From Tricharina praecox (Eukaryota): a stretch of DNA of 64,000 nt. Shown here in pieces: positions 63,537 through 64,000 of this stretch. Numbering within the stretch: position 1 is the first letter of the stretch; each line of letters begins with the position of its first letter. The DNA lies in contig NW_026250403.1 in NCBI RefSeq assembly GCF_024521635.1, positions 744,001 through 808,000 of the forward strand. Direction: 5' to 3'. The notes beneath the pieces were generated by a model. That model was not told the DNA's origin, ran no database searches, and was given only the letters and a program-made list of their open reading frames with translations. The position numbers were made by a program, and so were the translations under genes.

Positions 63537-64000
63537 CTATCTCAACCTCTGCAAGACCTTGAGCAGGTCTCCCAGAACACCCATAGCGGTGACATCTGCG
63601 CCGGCACTGTGAAGGGAATCATATCGATCAGCAAAGGGCTTTTGCAACCAAAGCAAGGGAAGGAACGCAGGTGGAGTTTTACCCCGCTCCTTGAACGATG
63701 AGCGGATTGTTGCCGTATCTCTCGGTGTAGAAACTGATGATGTTGTCGCTGCCCTTCAGCCCAGCGATCGAACTACCCTTGTTGAAGCTAAGATGTCGTG
63801 AAGAAATTTTATCAGATTTTTTCTCGCACTTATCAGATCCGCACCGACCCGACCAGGGATGAACCTTGGCACGTGGGGGGGGGGGGGGGGGGTGTAGATA
63901 GATGCATGTGGCGGGGTGAGTGAGAAACCACTTACGTCTCCAACCCCACTTTCACCTCCTTCGTTTCAACGTTCAAGCTACCGACGTATCGTACGACAGC
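63537..64000 (-). CDS. HOM6: Homoserine dehydrogenase, 3' part (5' truncated by window; introns ~63788-63935, ~63608-63681)
   Basis: Manual minus-strand translation: AVVRYVGSLNVETKEVKVGLE..IAGLKGSDNIISFYTERYGNNPLIVQGAG|AGADVTAMGVLGDLLKVL. Confidence 0.9.

Noticed and set aside
1..64000. CRISPR arrays, transposases, secondary-metabolite cluster, editing-dependent premature TAG codons, TGA-CTA readthrough
   Set aside because: None seen; the in-frame stops I examined in recognised genes are explained by introns.

Overview
Gene-dense, intron-rich eukaryotic DNA from a filamentous ascomycete (short GT-AG introns with CTRAC branch points; possibly Pezizomycetes, which is inference only). It holds about 21 mostly housekeeping protein genes: NST1, MRPL28, DUS4, a DUF1765 protein, a PTH11-like membrane protein, a PTS2-bearing SDR, DEF1, an unknown likely mitochondrial protein, an HVA1/TUDOR protein, a UBP16-like protease, mitochondrial L9, a DUF1749 hydrolase, DUO1, an unknown conserved protein, NUS1, an OSCA/TMEM63 channel, ATG11, DAP1, a VPS70/TRE-like M28 peptidase, ERG13 and the 3' end of HOM6. 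The ORF track misses a U4 spliceosomal snRNA gene at ~48342-48465, whose promoter has tandem Tbf1-like CCCTAA boxes, a Reb1-like box and a TATA box. Other observations: a GC-AG intron, a GAG splice acceptor, a probable frameshifted pseudogene, and a dispersed quasi-palindromic intergenic motif (TAGAGCACTCTA). I found no transposon ORF, CRISPR array, tRNA, rRNA or biosynthetic cluster, and I cannot support a wholly new multi-gene system here. All family calls come from motif recognition, not database searches.
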